Source: Reclinomonas americana ATCC 50394
Lineage: Eukaryota
Length of the DNA stretch: 63,412 nucleotides
Reading direction: 5' to 3'
Assembly (NCBI GenBank): GCA_048213135.1
Contig: PS015015.1
Span: 1-63,412 of the forward strand
Within the stretch, counting starts at the first letter, position 1, and every line of letters starts with the position of its first letter. The position numbers were made by a program, and so were the translations under genes. Of the stretch, positions 26,652-37,600 are shown in pieces. The notes under the pieces were generated by a model. That model did not search any database and was not told where the DNA came from. It saw only the letters and a list, made by a program, of their open reading frames with translations.

Positions 26652-29004
26652 TCATGCTTTCGGGAACGCAGTGCCGGGCTTGGGAAGCGCCGGCGCAGCT
26701 GGTGGCTGTGCACGGCGTAACCGAGCTGAGGTGGGAGAAAGAGACTGAAGGTGAGCAATTTGCTTCATCATTTGTTTGCCCACGCAGCAGAGCGACACAC
26801 CTTGGCACTTGCCCACCGCCTTCACCAACTGGTCTGGTGCAGCGGACGCACCAAAGTCGCCGCTGTCACAAATGTTGACCAGCTGCTCGTACTTGTAGAT
26901 GAAGAAACGAGCCTGCTGGCACTGCCGAGCCGCAATTGCTGACATTTGTGCGCGTGGGCACACAATTGACTCCATGCGCTTCAGTCCAAACAACCGCCGT
27001 CGCACGCGATGGCAGTCGGGTGTCGGATATTCAGGAATCACTGGTTCCGCTGGCTTGGGTGCCTGCGGCATCGGCGGTGGCGGTGGCATGTACGGGAATG
27101 GCATTGGCTGGTACGGGAACGGCATCTGCAGAAGTAGAAAGTGAGCAGCCGAGTATACGGCACGCGCAGATGAGAGAGCACAGCAGACTCACCTGCGGTG
27201 AAGGGTCGTCCATCGGGGGAAGCCGGTCGATCGCTGCGTCGCAAGCACGTGAGACACACTTATTGATCACTGCACGTTTGGGAAGGCAAAAAACAACTCA
27301 CGTGCAATACCGAGACGGCAGCGGCGGTACATGGAACGCAGGCGCTGCACGTGCTGCTGGAGGTACACGCATCGGCGGCTCGGCGGGAAGTCCGAGCACA
27401 CGAAGCGCGCTCGGCGGCGAGCCTCGGTCAGGTGACCGCGGATCAGACCGCAGGCGGGCACCATACCGCCGTCGGCGTCACCGTCACTGGGACCGAAGCG
27501 GCTGCGGCTGCGACGGCGGCGCCAGCGACGCTCTTGGTCGTTGTCGAAATCGCCGTCATCTCGTCGTGGGCGGCGGCGACGGCGGAGATCGAGTTCGCCG
27601 CGCTCACGCGCACGACGAATCGCACGGCGGACGGCACGACGGGCAATGCGATTCACGACCCGGCGCAGCCATCGCTTGCTCGGCCGCGAGCGGCAGCGGG
27701 GCTTGGGAGCAGCGGGTGCTGGCTCCTCCGGCTCTGATTGCGGCTTTGGCTCCGGTTCCGGCTCAGGCTGCTTGGCGGGTCGAGGCTGACGTTGGGGTTC
27801 CGGCTGTGGCTCCGGCTCATTGTCACGAATGTCAATCACCGCACCACTGTCGCCCAAGCCATTGCCGTTGTCGTCCGAGAGGCGTGGCATCCGTCGGCGA
27901 ATGCGGACTGTGCGTAGGTGCGTCGTCAGACTAACTGCAAAGAGAACGGGGAGAAAATAACACTCGGCGACACGTACCGAATCCACTGTCGTCATCGGCG
28001 ACGGCGCGGAACGATCGAGCACCAAAGCACGCCTGTCGGCGGTGAATCAGTGCACCCGTCAGCATGCCGCGCAGTCGGTGGCACACGCGGAAAGCGATCG
28101 AGGAGCGATCCTTCAGGCTGCAGGCACCGCGGGCCACACGACGGAGGAGGCGAATGCGGACGCTCAGCTTGCGGCACACAGCCGGTGCGCGACGAGAACG
28201 GCGGCGAGAGCGCACGCGCTCGTCCACAATGATCACTGTGTGTGTGAGAGAGGGAGAGATTCACAGTGAGCGCGAGTGGCGTCTGGGGAGTCGACACCCA
28301 AAAAAAGGTACACACCGGGCGAGTCAATGTCGCCTCCGCGACGGCATCGATTGCGGAGGCGGCGATTGGCGGCACGGCATCGGCGCAGCAATCGCTTGCA
28401 CTGAGGTGAGCCACCGGCACCGCGTCGACGGCATGCGCGACCTGCCACACGACGAACTCGTCGCAGGCGACGCGACAGGCGACCGCAACGGCCACGGGGT
28501 TGCTCGATGTCGTCATCCTGGTCCACGTCGTCGCTGTCGCCCGCATCACCACGGAAGCGACGCATGCGTCGAGAGCGGCGCGAGCGACGAGCAAAGCGAC
28601 CGTTGGCGTTGCTGTCGTCGTCATCGTCGCCAAAGTCGCCGTCCACATTGCGGAGGCGACGGCGCATGCGGCGGCTGGAAGCACGGAGGCCGCCACGACG
28701 AGAATCACCAGCGGCGTCATCATCGCCGCCATCCACGTCACCGTCAATGTCGTCGAGGCGACGGCGCAAGCGACGAAGCAGTCGGCGCTGGCGGCGGCGA
28801 CGCGGAACCTCCACATCGTCGTCATCAGCATCGACCGCGCGGCGTCGAATCCGGCGACGGCGCAGCGGGGCATCGGGATTCGCTCCACTGTTGTCGTTGT
28901 CACCGTTGTCGTTGCTGTTGGCATCGTCACGCGCAGGCGCAGATTGCTCTGCCTGCTGCGATTGCTGCGGCCTGTCGCCCTCAGCAGTAGGGGCTGCGAG
29001 GCAA

Positions 29005-29072
<68 letters not shown>

Positions 29073-32000
29073 GACGACGACGACGACGACGACGAACGAA
29101 CGAACGTAACGTAACGAAACGAAACGAAACGGAAACGGAAACGGAACGGAAACGGAACCGGTAAACCGGTAACCGGTAACCGGGTAACCGGGTAACCCGG
29201 GTACCCGNNNNNNNNNNNNNNNNNNNNNNNNNNNNNNNNNNNNNNNNNNNNNNNNNNNNNNNNNNNNNNNNNNNNNNNNNNNNNNNNNNNNNNNNNNNNN
29301 NNNNNNNNNNNNNNNNNNNNNNNNNNNNNNNNNNNNNNNNNNNNNNNNNNNNNNNNNNNNNNNNNNNNNNNNNNNNNNNNNNNNNNNNNNNNNNNNNNNN
29401 NNNNNNNNNNNNNNNNNNNNNNNNNNNNNNNNNNNNNNNNNNNNNNNNNNNNNNNNNNNNNNNNNNNNNNNNNNNNNNNNNNNNNNNNNNNNNNNNNNNN
29501 NNNNNNNNNNNNNNNNNNAGAGAGAGAGAGAGAGTAGAGAGAGAGAGAGAGAGAGACTCGAGTCAGCAGCAGTGGAACAACAATACTGAGAACAAAGGAG
29601 AGACGCGCAACTGTCAGCGGGGCGACCGCGGCACTTGTTGAGCCGGATCTTGAAGGCGGCAATGTCGGCCTTGAGCTCGTGGCACGCACTGGCCTCTTGC
29701 AGCGAGTCGCGCGAGTACGGGCAGTGCAGCTTGGCGCGCTCGCGGAAACGGCGAATGGCAGCTCGCAGCTTGCGGCACTTGCGGCCGCCGCGAGAACGAC
29801 GGCGCGCTGCAATGAGCCAGATGGGTGGTCAGACACCAACAACAGGAGCGACGACGATAACAACAACAAGCAAGGGCACACCAACCTCGCTTATTGCGTC
29901 GCACACCGCTGCCGGCGGCGTTGTCGTCGCCGTCGTCGCCATCTCGGCGGCTGCGGCGCTTGGCACCACACTTGGCGTTATCGCCCTCTTCGTCGCCGTT
30001 GCGGCGAGATCGACGGCGACGACCTCGGCGAGACACCTTCTTGCCGCTGTCGTCATCTTCATTGTTCTCGTCGTCGTCGTCGTCGTCACGGCGACGGCTG
30101 CGGCGACGGCGTTCGGAAGCGTTCAGCATCTGCTCGGCCTGCTTCATCTCCTCCGCCTCCTCCTCCTCTTGCTGTGCGTCTTCGTCCACTGCAAATGTGA
30201 CCACAGCACGTGAATGATAGGGGGGGCTAACAGGGCACGGAGAATGGTGGCGGGGAGACGCACCGTCGACTCCGTTCTCCACGGTTTGCGTGTCGACCTG
30301 GTCCTGCTCCTGCTGCTGTTGTTGCATAGCAGCAAACGGCAGTGGAGCAAGGGTCACTGCGTACGGCAAGACAAGGAGGTCAGTACGCAAGCGTGGTTGC
30401 GTGCACCGTGCGACTGGTACTCACCAGGCGCCTCTCCGTCCATTTGTTCATCTGCAATAATACCCACCGCGAGATCAGTTACAAGACCGCTGCTGCTGGC
30501 ATTCGAGCGAGGGAGACGCAACAGGCGGCAACCAGCGTCAGAGGCATGAGATTCGTGTTGAGGTTGTTGAGCTTCATGGCTGCGGCGGCAATGGAGGGTC
30601 AGTCAGCCATCAAAACGGCGAGGGAAAACCATTATTAACACAACAAACCAGTGTGAGCATTGATGAGGTTGAGGCGAGCGTTCTCTGTTGCGTGCAGCGA
30701 GTCAGAACAAGTCCGGTATCAGTCACAGAAAGAGGGATGATGCAGCTCACCAGTTTGAAGACGCAGGTGCTCCGCAAGCGACACTGTATTATTGCACACG
30801 GTACACAGTGAGAAACTGGAATACAGGATACAAGCAGTGTCCGCCAAATACGCAACAGAAATTGCGAGTCTCACGGCGGCGAGCAGCGCGCAGGCCGGCC
30901 ACAGCGGCACGCAAGCGACGGCACTTGGTCTTGGCGACATTGGACTGCGGCAACAGACAGCATTTGAGTTACTCATCACGTGAGGGAAAATCATGTCGTC
31001 ACTCTACAAACCTTGCGCTTGCACGTGCGCTTCGTCGTCTTGCGAAGTACCTTCAGCGCGCACTTGTAGATCCTGCCGCACGTCTTCTTGCGCGAGCATT
31101 TCTTCAGGCGTTTCTGTTGCACGGCAAGCACCACGAGTGAGCAGTTGGCGGGGATGCGCACAACAACACCTTGCGCAACTGAGATGCGAGCAGAGATGGC
31201 ACGCTTCGGGCTCTTCTTGCGCAGGCGCTTGGCCACTGCGTGGCGCACAAAAAACAGCAAACGTGAATCCTTCGAGTGGGGTTGCACGTACACGTACACG
31301 CAAGTCAACGTACCTCGGCGGACGACCTTGCGGCACCGCTTGCTTGCTCGCTTCGCCTTTCGGGCTTTCCTCGCCCTCGCCCTCGCCCTCGCCTTGCGCC
31401 TCTTTTCGGCTTCGGAGTCACTCTCGTCATCGTCGCCGTCTTCGCCATCGCCACCGCGGCGTCGGCGGCGGCGACGGAGGCCCTTGCTGTCGCCATCCTC
31501 GCCGTCGTCTTCACCGTCGCCACCACGGCGCTTGCGAGCGGCACCCTTGCCGCCCTCCTCGCCGTCGTCTTCACCGTCGCCTCCGCGGCGCTTGCGAGCG
31601 GCACCCTTGCCACCTTCCTCGCCGTCGTCTTCACCGTCGCCGCCGCGGCGCCTGCGAGCGGCACCCTTGCCGCCCTCCTCGCCGTCGACGTCGCCACTGC
31701 GACTCTTCCCGACACCGCCCTTCTTCTTCTTGTCGGCAGCGTCGTCATCGTCGTCGTCATCATCACCACCGCGACCGGCGGCTCGGCGCTTGCCGGCGTC
31801 GCCTCGGCGTCCGCCGCTCTTCTTCTTGCCGTCCTCGGCATCGTCGTCGTCGTCACCGTACTTGTCGACGGTCTTGCGGAAATCGTCGAGCAGCTCAGCA
31901 GCCTCGCGCTGATCGCGCGGTGACCCGCGCAACGCCTCCTTCAGGTCCTTCATCAGCGACTTGTCAATGATGCGCTCCGTTGAGTATTGCACTGCACAGG

Positions 32001-33531
32001 CCATGGATGACGTGTGAGACAACAGTGCATGCAAGGCACTGACGGGGTAGAGGCGACCAACCGTCCTCGTCGCGGAGTGCCGGAATGTGTCGGCGCAAGT
32101 GGGCAGCTGCAAGTGGGGCGGTGCAAAGTGAGCGAGTGGCGAGCAAGTGAGCGATGGCACGGGGGATGGACACACGAACCGAAGCGGCGGAACGAGTCCT
32201 TGATGCCTGGGAGACACAAAAGACATGCATGTGAGTAAACAGCGAGGTGAAGCGGCGATGACTGCAACAGTAGGCGTACCGCAGCGGAGGGCAGCCGCTG
32301 TTATGCAAACGAAAAAAAATGAGCACAATCCATTCGAGCACATGCTTGAACTTGTCACACTACGCTCACCGAGACGATGCATGCGGACGCGCAGCAACTG
32401 GGTCTGCATCTTGGCCACGCGAGCGTTCTTCCGCAGCTCCTTGACGAGCTGACGCGTGCGCTTGGTAATGACCGAAGAGGGCTTCGGTCCGACCGCTGTT
32501 GTTCTCCACGAGTGAGCCACAACACAACCACACATATTGGACGGTGCGTTATTCGCACCTGCACGGGACATTGCCACACGCAAACGGCGATGGCAAATGG
32601 CGGCCTGACGCCGCGTCTGGCGCAGTTGGTCGACCACACGCTGCAGCGCCTGTCGCTGCCGGTCGACCAGACGACGCTCCTGATCGAACTGGCGAGCAAA
32701 GTTCTCCTGCGCCTCCTGGAACCGGCGCTCCAGCATTTGCAGGCGGCGCTGCGACAAGTGATACGCGCGACGCATCACTTGGTTGGCACGCTCGAGGCGC
32801 TGAGCATTGACCGTGGAGTCCTTATTGTTCCGGTTCACATCGCTCAGCTTGTCTCGCAGCTGCGTAATCCGCTGACGCATCGCCTCAATCTCTTGCACGC
32901 GGGCAGCCAGCTGCACACAGATAGATGAGTGAATCACCTCCACCAGGCGGACGACAGATCGTACACGGAGGAGACCTTTTCGCGCAAGTCTTGCAGCTGA
33001 CCGGCAAACGCATTCGTGCGCTGCGAGATGTCCTGCCCCGAGTTGCGCAGTCGCTGATTCTCCTCCCGCGCTCGCTGCAGATCAGCACGCGCCTCCGCCA
33101 GTTGCGACTTGACCACATACTGCTGCGTGCTCATCTGGCTCAACTCTCCCTGCGTCTCGCGCAGCCTCTGCTCCAACGAGCGCACACGCCGTGCGTTGGC
33201 CGACAGCACGCCCGCCCACGGGCCATCCGCCTCCGCCAAGTCTACACACAAGAGACGCGTCAGCCGTGCCACACAGTGCGCGCACACACACAGAGAGAGC
33301 GCAGGCAATGCAACTCTCAAACGTGGCCGCCGACACATCCGCCTCCTCCAGCAACACCAGCGGATCCACTCGCTCATCGTCTTCCACAAACTACAGCACA
33401 GACGCACACACGATGAACACACACACGCAGAGACTCTCCCTCACACTGAACCACCAAACCTCTGTCGCCTGCACACACGCACACAAGAGCAGTGCCAGCA
33501 GTGGCAGCAGCAGCCACTGCTGCGCCCTCAT
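26652..33531 (-). CDS. Very large secreted protein (roughly 1400-1500 aa, estimate): signal peptide, coiled coil, alternating Arg/Lys-rich and Asp-rich blocks, five 4-Cys modules
   Basis: MRAQQWLLLPLLALLLCACVQA signal peptide; an unbroken chain of frame-preserving GT-AG introns joins ORFs 32934-33422, 30991-32943, 29614-30390, 28233-28814, 27931-28236, 27267-28025 and 26652-27125; gap 29208-29518 falls in an intron. Confidence 0.75.
29008..29070. repeat. (GA)n microsatellite, intronic, flanking gap
   Basis: ~31 perfect units. Confidence 0.9.
31497..31690 (-). repeat. 60-bp coding tandem repeat, ~3.3 copies (GGDGEDDGEEGGKGAARKRR)
   Basis: gccgtcgtcttcaccgtcgc recurs at 31501, 31561 and 31621. 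Confidence 0.92.
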
Positions 33532-33642
33532 CTCTCTCTCACACACACACGCGCGCGTGCTCACAAACAAAGCTTATGTGCGAGGTTTGAGGGGGAAGAG
33601 CGGCCTTTCTCGTGCTTTCCCACTGTGGAAAAAAGTGTGAAT

Positions 33643-33672
33643 AGATATCCACGGCTCGCGAGCCGGATATCT
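33643..33672. promoter_or_regulatory. Imperfect 30-bp palindrome in the 223-bp spacer between two divergent secreted-protein genes
   Basis: agatatc-ca-cggctcgcgagccg-gatatct with a perfect 14-bp palindromic core; function inferred from position only. Confidence 0.4.
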
Positions 33673-33754
33673 CACCTGGCATTGTCCGCTCGCTGGATTT
33701 CTTTTCCGTTCAGTCACTCTCTCACACACACAACCCAAACAAACGATCGAGAGC

Positions 33755-34113
33755 ATGCGGAGTGGGTGGCTGCTTGTCACACTCGGCATGCTTGCGCTGC
33801 TGCTGCTGCTGTGCTTGAGCGCAGCACGAGCAGAGGAGGAGGAAGTTGCGCACTCTTTTATATGTGTGTGTCTCTCTGTGTGTGTGCGTGACACACTCAC
33901 ACACACGTGCGCGCGCAGTTGGAACAACAAGGAGAACAGTACGACTTGGAGACACACGACACAGACGACGTTGGCGAGGAATGTACGTGACCACAAACAC
34001 ACACACTCGTGTGTACTCGTTCTCTCACAACACACTCTCTCGCACACACAGCGTTTGTGGAGAGTGGGCGTCGTCGTCGAGTCAACTCGTGGGCGCGCTC
34101 TGTGGTGAACCTA
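33755..34113 (+). CDS. 5' part of a secreted protein (truncated by gap)
   Basis: MRSGWLLVTLGMLALLLLLCLSAARA signal peptide, acidic pro-region, then (spliced) VGEESFVESGRRRRVNSWARSVVNL. Confidence 0.7.
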
Positions 34114-34624
34114 NNNNNNNNNNNNNNNNNNNNNNNNNNNNNNNNNNNNNNNNNNNNNNNNNNNNNNNNNNNNNNNNNNNNNNNNNNNNNNNNNNNNNNN
34201 NNNNNNNNNNNNNNNNNNNNNNNNNNNNNNNNNNNNNNNNNNNNNNNNNNNNNNNNNNNNNNNNNNNNNNNNNNNNNNNNNNNNNNNNNNNNNNNNNNNN
34301 NNNNNNNNNNNNNNNNNNNNNNNNNNNNNNNNNNNNNNNNNNNNNNNNNNNNNNNNNNNNNNNNNNNNNNNNNNNNNNNNNNNNNNNNNNNNNNNNNNNN
34401 NNNNNNNNNNNNNNNNNNNNNNNNNNNNNNNNNNNNNNNNNNNNNNNNNNNNNNNNNNNNNNNNNNNNNNNNNNNNNNNNNNNNNNNNNNNNNNNNNNNN
34501 NNNNNNNNNNNNNNNNNNNNNNNNNNNNNNNNNNNNNNGGTAGTGTGCTCTCTCTCCCTCCTCCTCCTCTCTCTCTCTCTCTCGCTCGCATGCACAATGA
34601 TCTCACAAGATGCGCGCACGCCAG

Positions 34625-37600
34625 AGCGGAAGAGGCCGTGGGCCACGCGTCGGCGCAAAGTCAGGCGTTCTTGGAGGCTGGTACGTGTCTCGCTCACTCC
34701 CTCCCTCGCCTTGTGCGGGATGCGATATGCTCAATTTCGTTTCCTGCGCGCAGCACGATTGCTGATGGGCACCGAGCTGGACATGCGAGCGCAGGAGTTT
34801 GTGTCGTTTGAACAGGATCTCGCCCAGGCGTTGCAGTGCTACGTGCTGGCGATTGAGGTGATGCGTTGTTCTTCTGTGTGTGTGCGGGGTGAAGCCAGTG
34901 AGTCACCGTGTGCGATGGCAGGTGCAAGAACGCAATGGACGACTGACAATGGTCGGCAATCTGTACACGGAAATGGGCGAGGCGCTGATGGTTTGTGTGC
35001 ATGTGTGTGTGTGTGCGTGTGGCAAGGGCGGATTCTCGGTAATCATTGTTTTGTGGCACATTTGCAGCGATTGGGACACCACGCCGATGCCGCTCTGCAT
35101 TTTGAGAAAGCGGCCACGGTGTTCTCGTCCGAGCTGCAGCACTCGCTGTCGATCTCGTGTCTGCAGAGTGCCGCGTGGTGTCGTACGCGTGAAAGTTGCG
35201 TGAGCTGCCCTCGTTGTGTCGGTGTGGTGTTTTGAGTGGGTGCTTATCGCCCTCGTGATGCACACACAGAGGACTACGAGACGGCGGTGACTCTGCTGAT
35301 GCGCCTGGCGCAATTTGCCGAGGAGTTGCCGTCGTCGTCGGGCGCATCGCTCTCCACTGGCGGTGGCGCACTCGATTTTCAAGAAGTGGTGGCCGTGCAG
35401 TGCCGCGTCTCGTGCTTCCTTCTCTTTCTCATTCTGGTTCGTCACGGTCACAACGCGTGATCGTCACTGCTTTCGCTCACTGTTCGATCGTGGACGCGAG
35501 TAGAAGTTGGAGGCCAAGGCACGCACTCTGCTCGCCGAGCTCAAGGTGTACATGACTGTGCGTCGGCGGTACGCTCTCATGGACAGCCTCCTTGTGCTGC
35601 TAGACACGATTCTGGTGCGTCGCCTCTACTACTCGGCTCACTTTGTCAATCGCACCTCAATCGTCCCTCTGCGTAGGATGCTTGCGAGGCTCACGACACG
35701 TACACCCTGACGGTGCTGTTTGACGACGTGGCGGAGGTGCTGTCGCCGGAGCAGATTGAGTTGTATCAGGAGGTGCAGCATGTGTTTGAGAATCCGGCCG
35801 ATCTCGAACTCTTTGACGACGATCATGCGCTGTATGGACCGGGTGCGGAGACGCGCCTGTCAACCAAAGCCAACAATGCTTCCACTGGCGGCGGTATGCA
35901 TGCGCGTGCACGCAGCTCGTCGCGGTCGTCGGAGCTGCGCCGTCAGCCGTCCGAGTCTGGCATGTCGTCCAACCGCAGCAGCGCGGACGACGGGTCGCAG
36001 AATGGCAGCCGGCATCGTGGCACATCAGTGTCCAGTGGCCTGAGCGACGGTGAGGTGGTGGCAGGAGCGGCGGTCGAGATTGCTGCTGCTGCCGCCGCTG
36101 CTGCCCAGGAGGCAGGCAGCTCACGGTCACGGGGTCTCTCGGCGCCACCCAGTCGAGCACCGGACGGTGGACAGTTGCGTGAACTGCTCGTGACGGTGTC
36201 CCTGCTCGTGCTGACCTGTCCTCTGGCAGGTCGGGTGGCGCGGACGGAGTGTTTGCGCGTCCTCGATCACGTCTGGTCGACAGCGTGGCGGCTGGAGCAG
36301 CCGCGGCTGCGGCCGATGTGCAGTCCGTCAGGTGAGTCGGGAGGAAGCCACGTTGTGTTTCGCACATTGAGCTCACATCCGGTGCAGTTCTCGTTCGTCG
36401 TCACAGAGCCCGGCGGATGAGATGTTCCGGCGGAGTACACCGTGCGTCAGCATCAATAGGCCTTTGTCGCATGTCTCCCCTGCTCACTTGCGTGCACAGA
36501 ACGGATCACTTGAACGAGCAAGGAGGGCGACGGTTCGTCACTTCTGCTCCCCTCTGTTTGTTTCTTCGATCACCAGCCTCAAACGATGGTGTGCGCACAG
36601 GCCATCCACACCCTCGGCGACGTGTGCCGCAGAGAGTGGCACGCCACTCGCACGCTTCCCCCCGGACGATCCGGAAGGTGGTGGTGGTGGTGCTGGTGGC
36701 GGCGGTGGAGGTGGACGTGCGCGAAGCTCGTCACTGTTATGTCGTGGTGTGGTAGCAAAGGCACCTAAAAACCCCCACGTCAAGCTCACTGCGTGCTCCG
36801 CTTCACAGAAGCAATGCCAGTGCTGGTGCTTTCTCGGCGGCCAGTTCTCTGGGGTGTGTGGGCGCTCATTCTTGTTTGTGCGTGTATCTCTTTTGTGATC
36901 TGTGATGACTCATCATCACTGCCCGCCACACGCAGAGATGTTCCTGCCTCCAACACTGGATCGCGGCAGGGTCGCAAGTTGCGCACCCTGCTGAGAATGG
37001 AGCACGTTGCGTGTGAGATACTGAATTGTGACACCCGCATTGTAGGAATGCTTCCGGTCTTTCGACGGATCCCGACAATGAGGACGAGCAACCGATGGAC
37101 AACGTCAATGACGAGAGCGGCGAACGGTGTGGCATTCCTTCGTCTTCCGCTGTTTTCAAGCTCGGATTTGCTCACGCATATGGGTACATTTGCAGGTGCA
37201 ATCCGAGCTCGATAATCGTGGCTCCTGCAGATGGCAACAACGCCGCCACGGGCAGGTGAGACGACATGCTTTCCTTTGCCACACACGCGGTATGCTCACC
37301 TACTCTCGTCAGCGATGTGGGCACCAGCGCAGTCCTGAGCGAACAGTTTCGTCGCCACTTCATTTTCTTTACCGCCAATCGCGTCCTCTTATCATCTTGC
37401 TTTGTGCAGGCCTGTTGCCGAGGCACCAGAAAGGTGTGCAGAATACTATTGTGCGGACTTCCGCTGCGTACATGTCCTCATTTCTTTGTATTTGCACTCG
37501 TTCAGTCAAGCTCGTCCACAATCGCCGTCATCTCCAGTCGTTGCCGCTCGCGTGCTCATTGCCCCTTCGTTGACGCCAGCTGCTCGATCGCCACACACCA

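Noticed and set aside
29070-29207. Graded GAC/GAAC/GGAAAC/GGTAACC repeats
   Set aside because: Phase-loss artefact after the (GA)n tract, adjacent to a gap.
30400-30600. Independent gene starting at MKLNNLNTNL
   Set aside because: It is preceded by a branch point and AG acceptor and joins in frame to upstream exons of the large secreted gene.
31497-31690. Regular 60-bp repeats as a possible CRISPR-like array
   Set aside because: No unique spacers, in-frame coding repeat in a eukaryotic exon, no cas genes.
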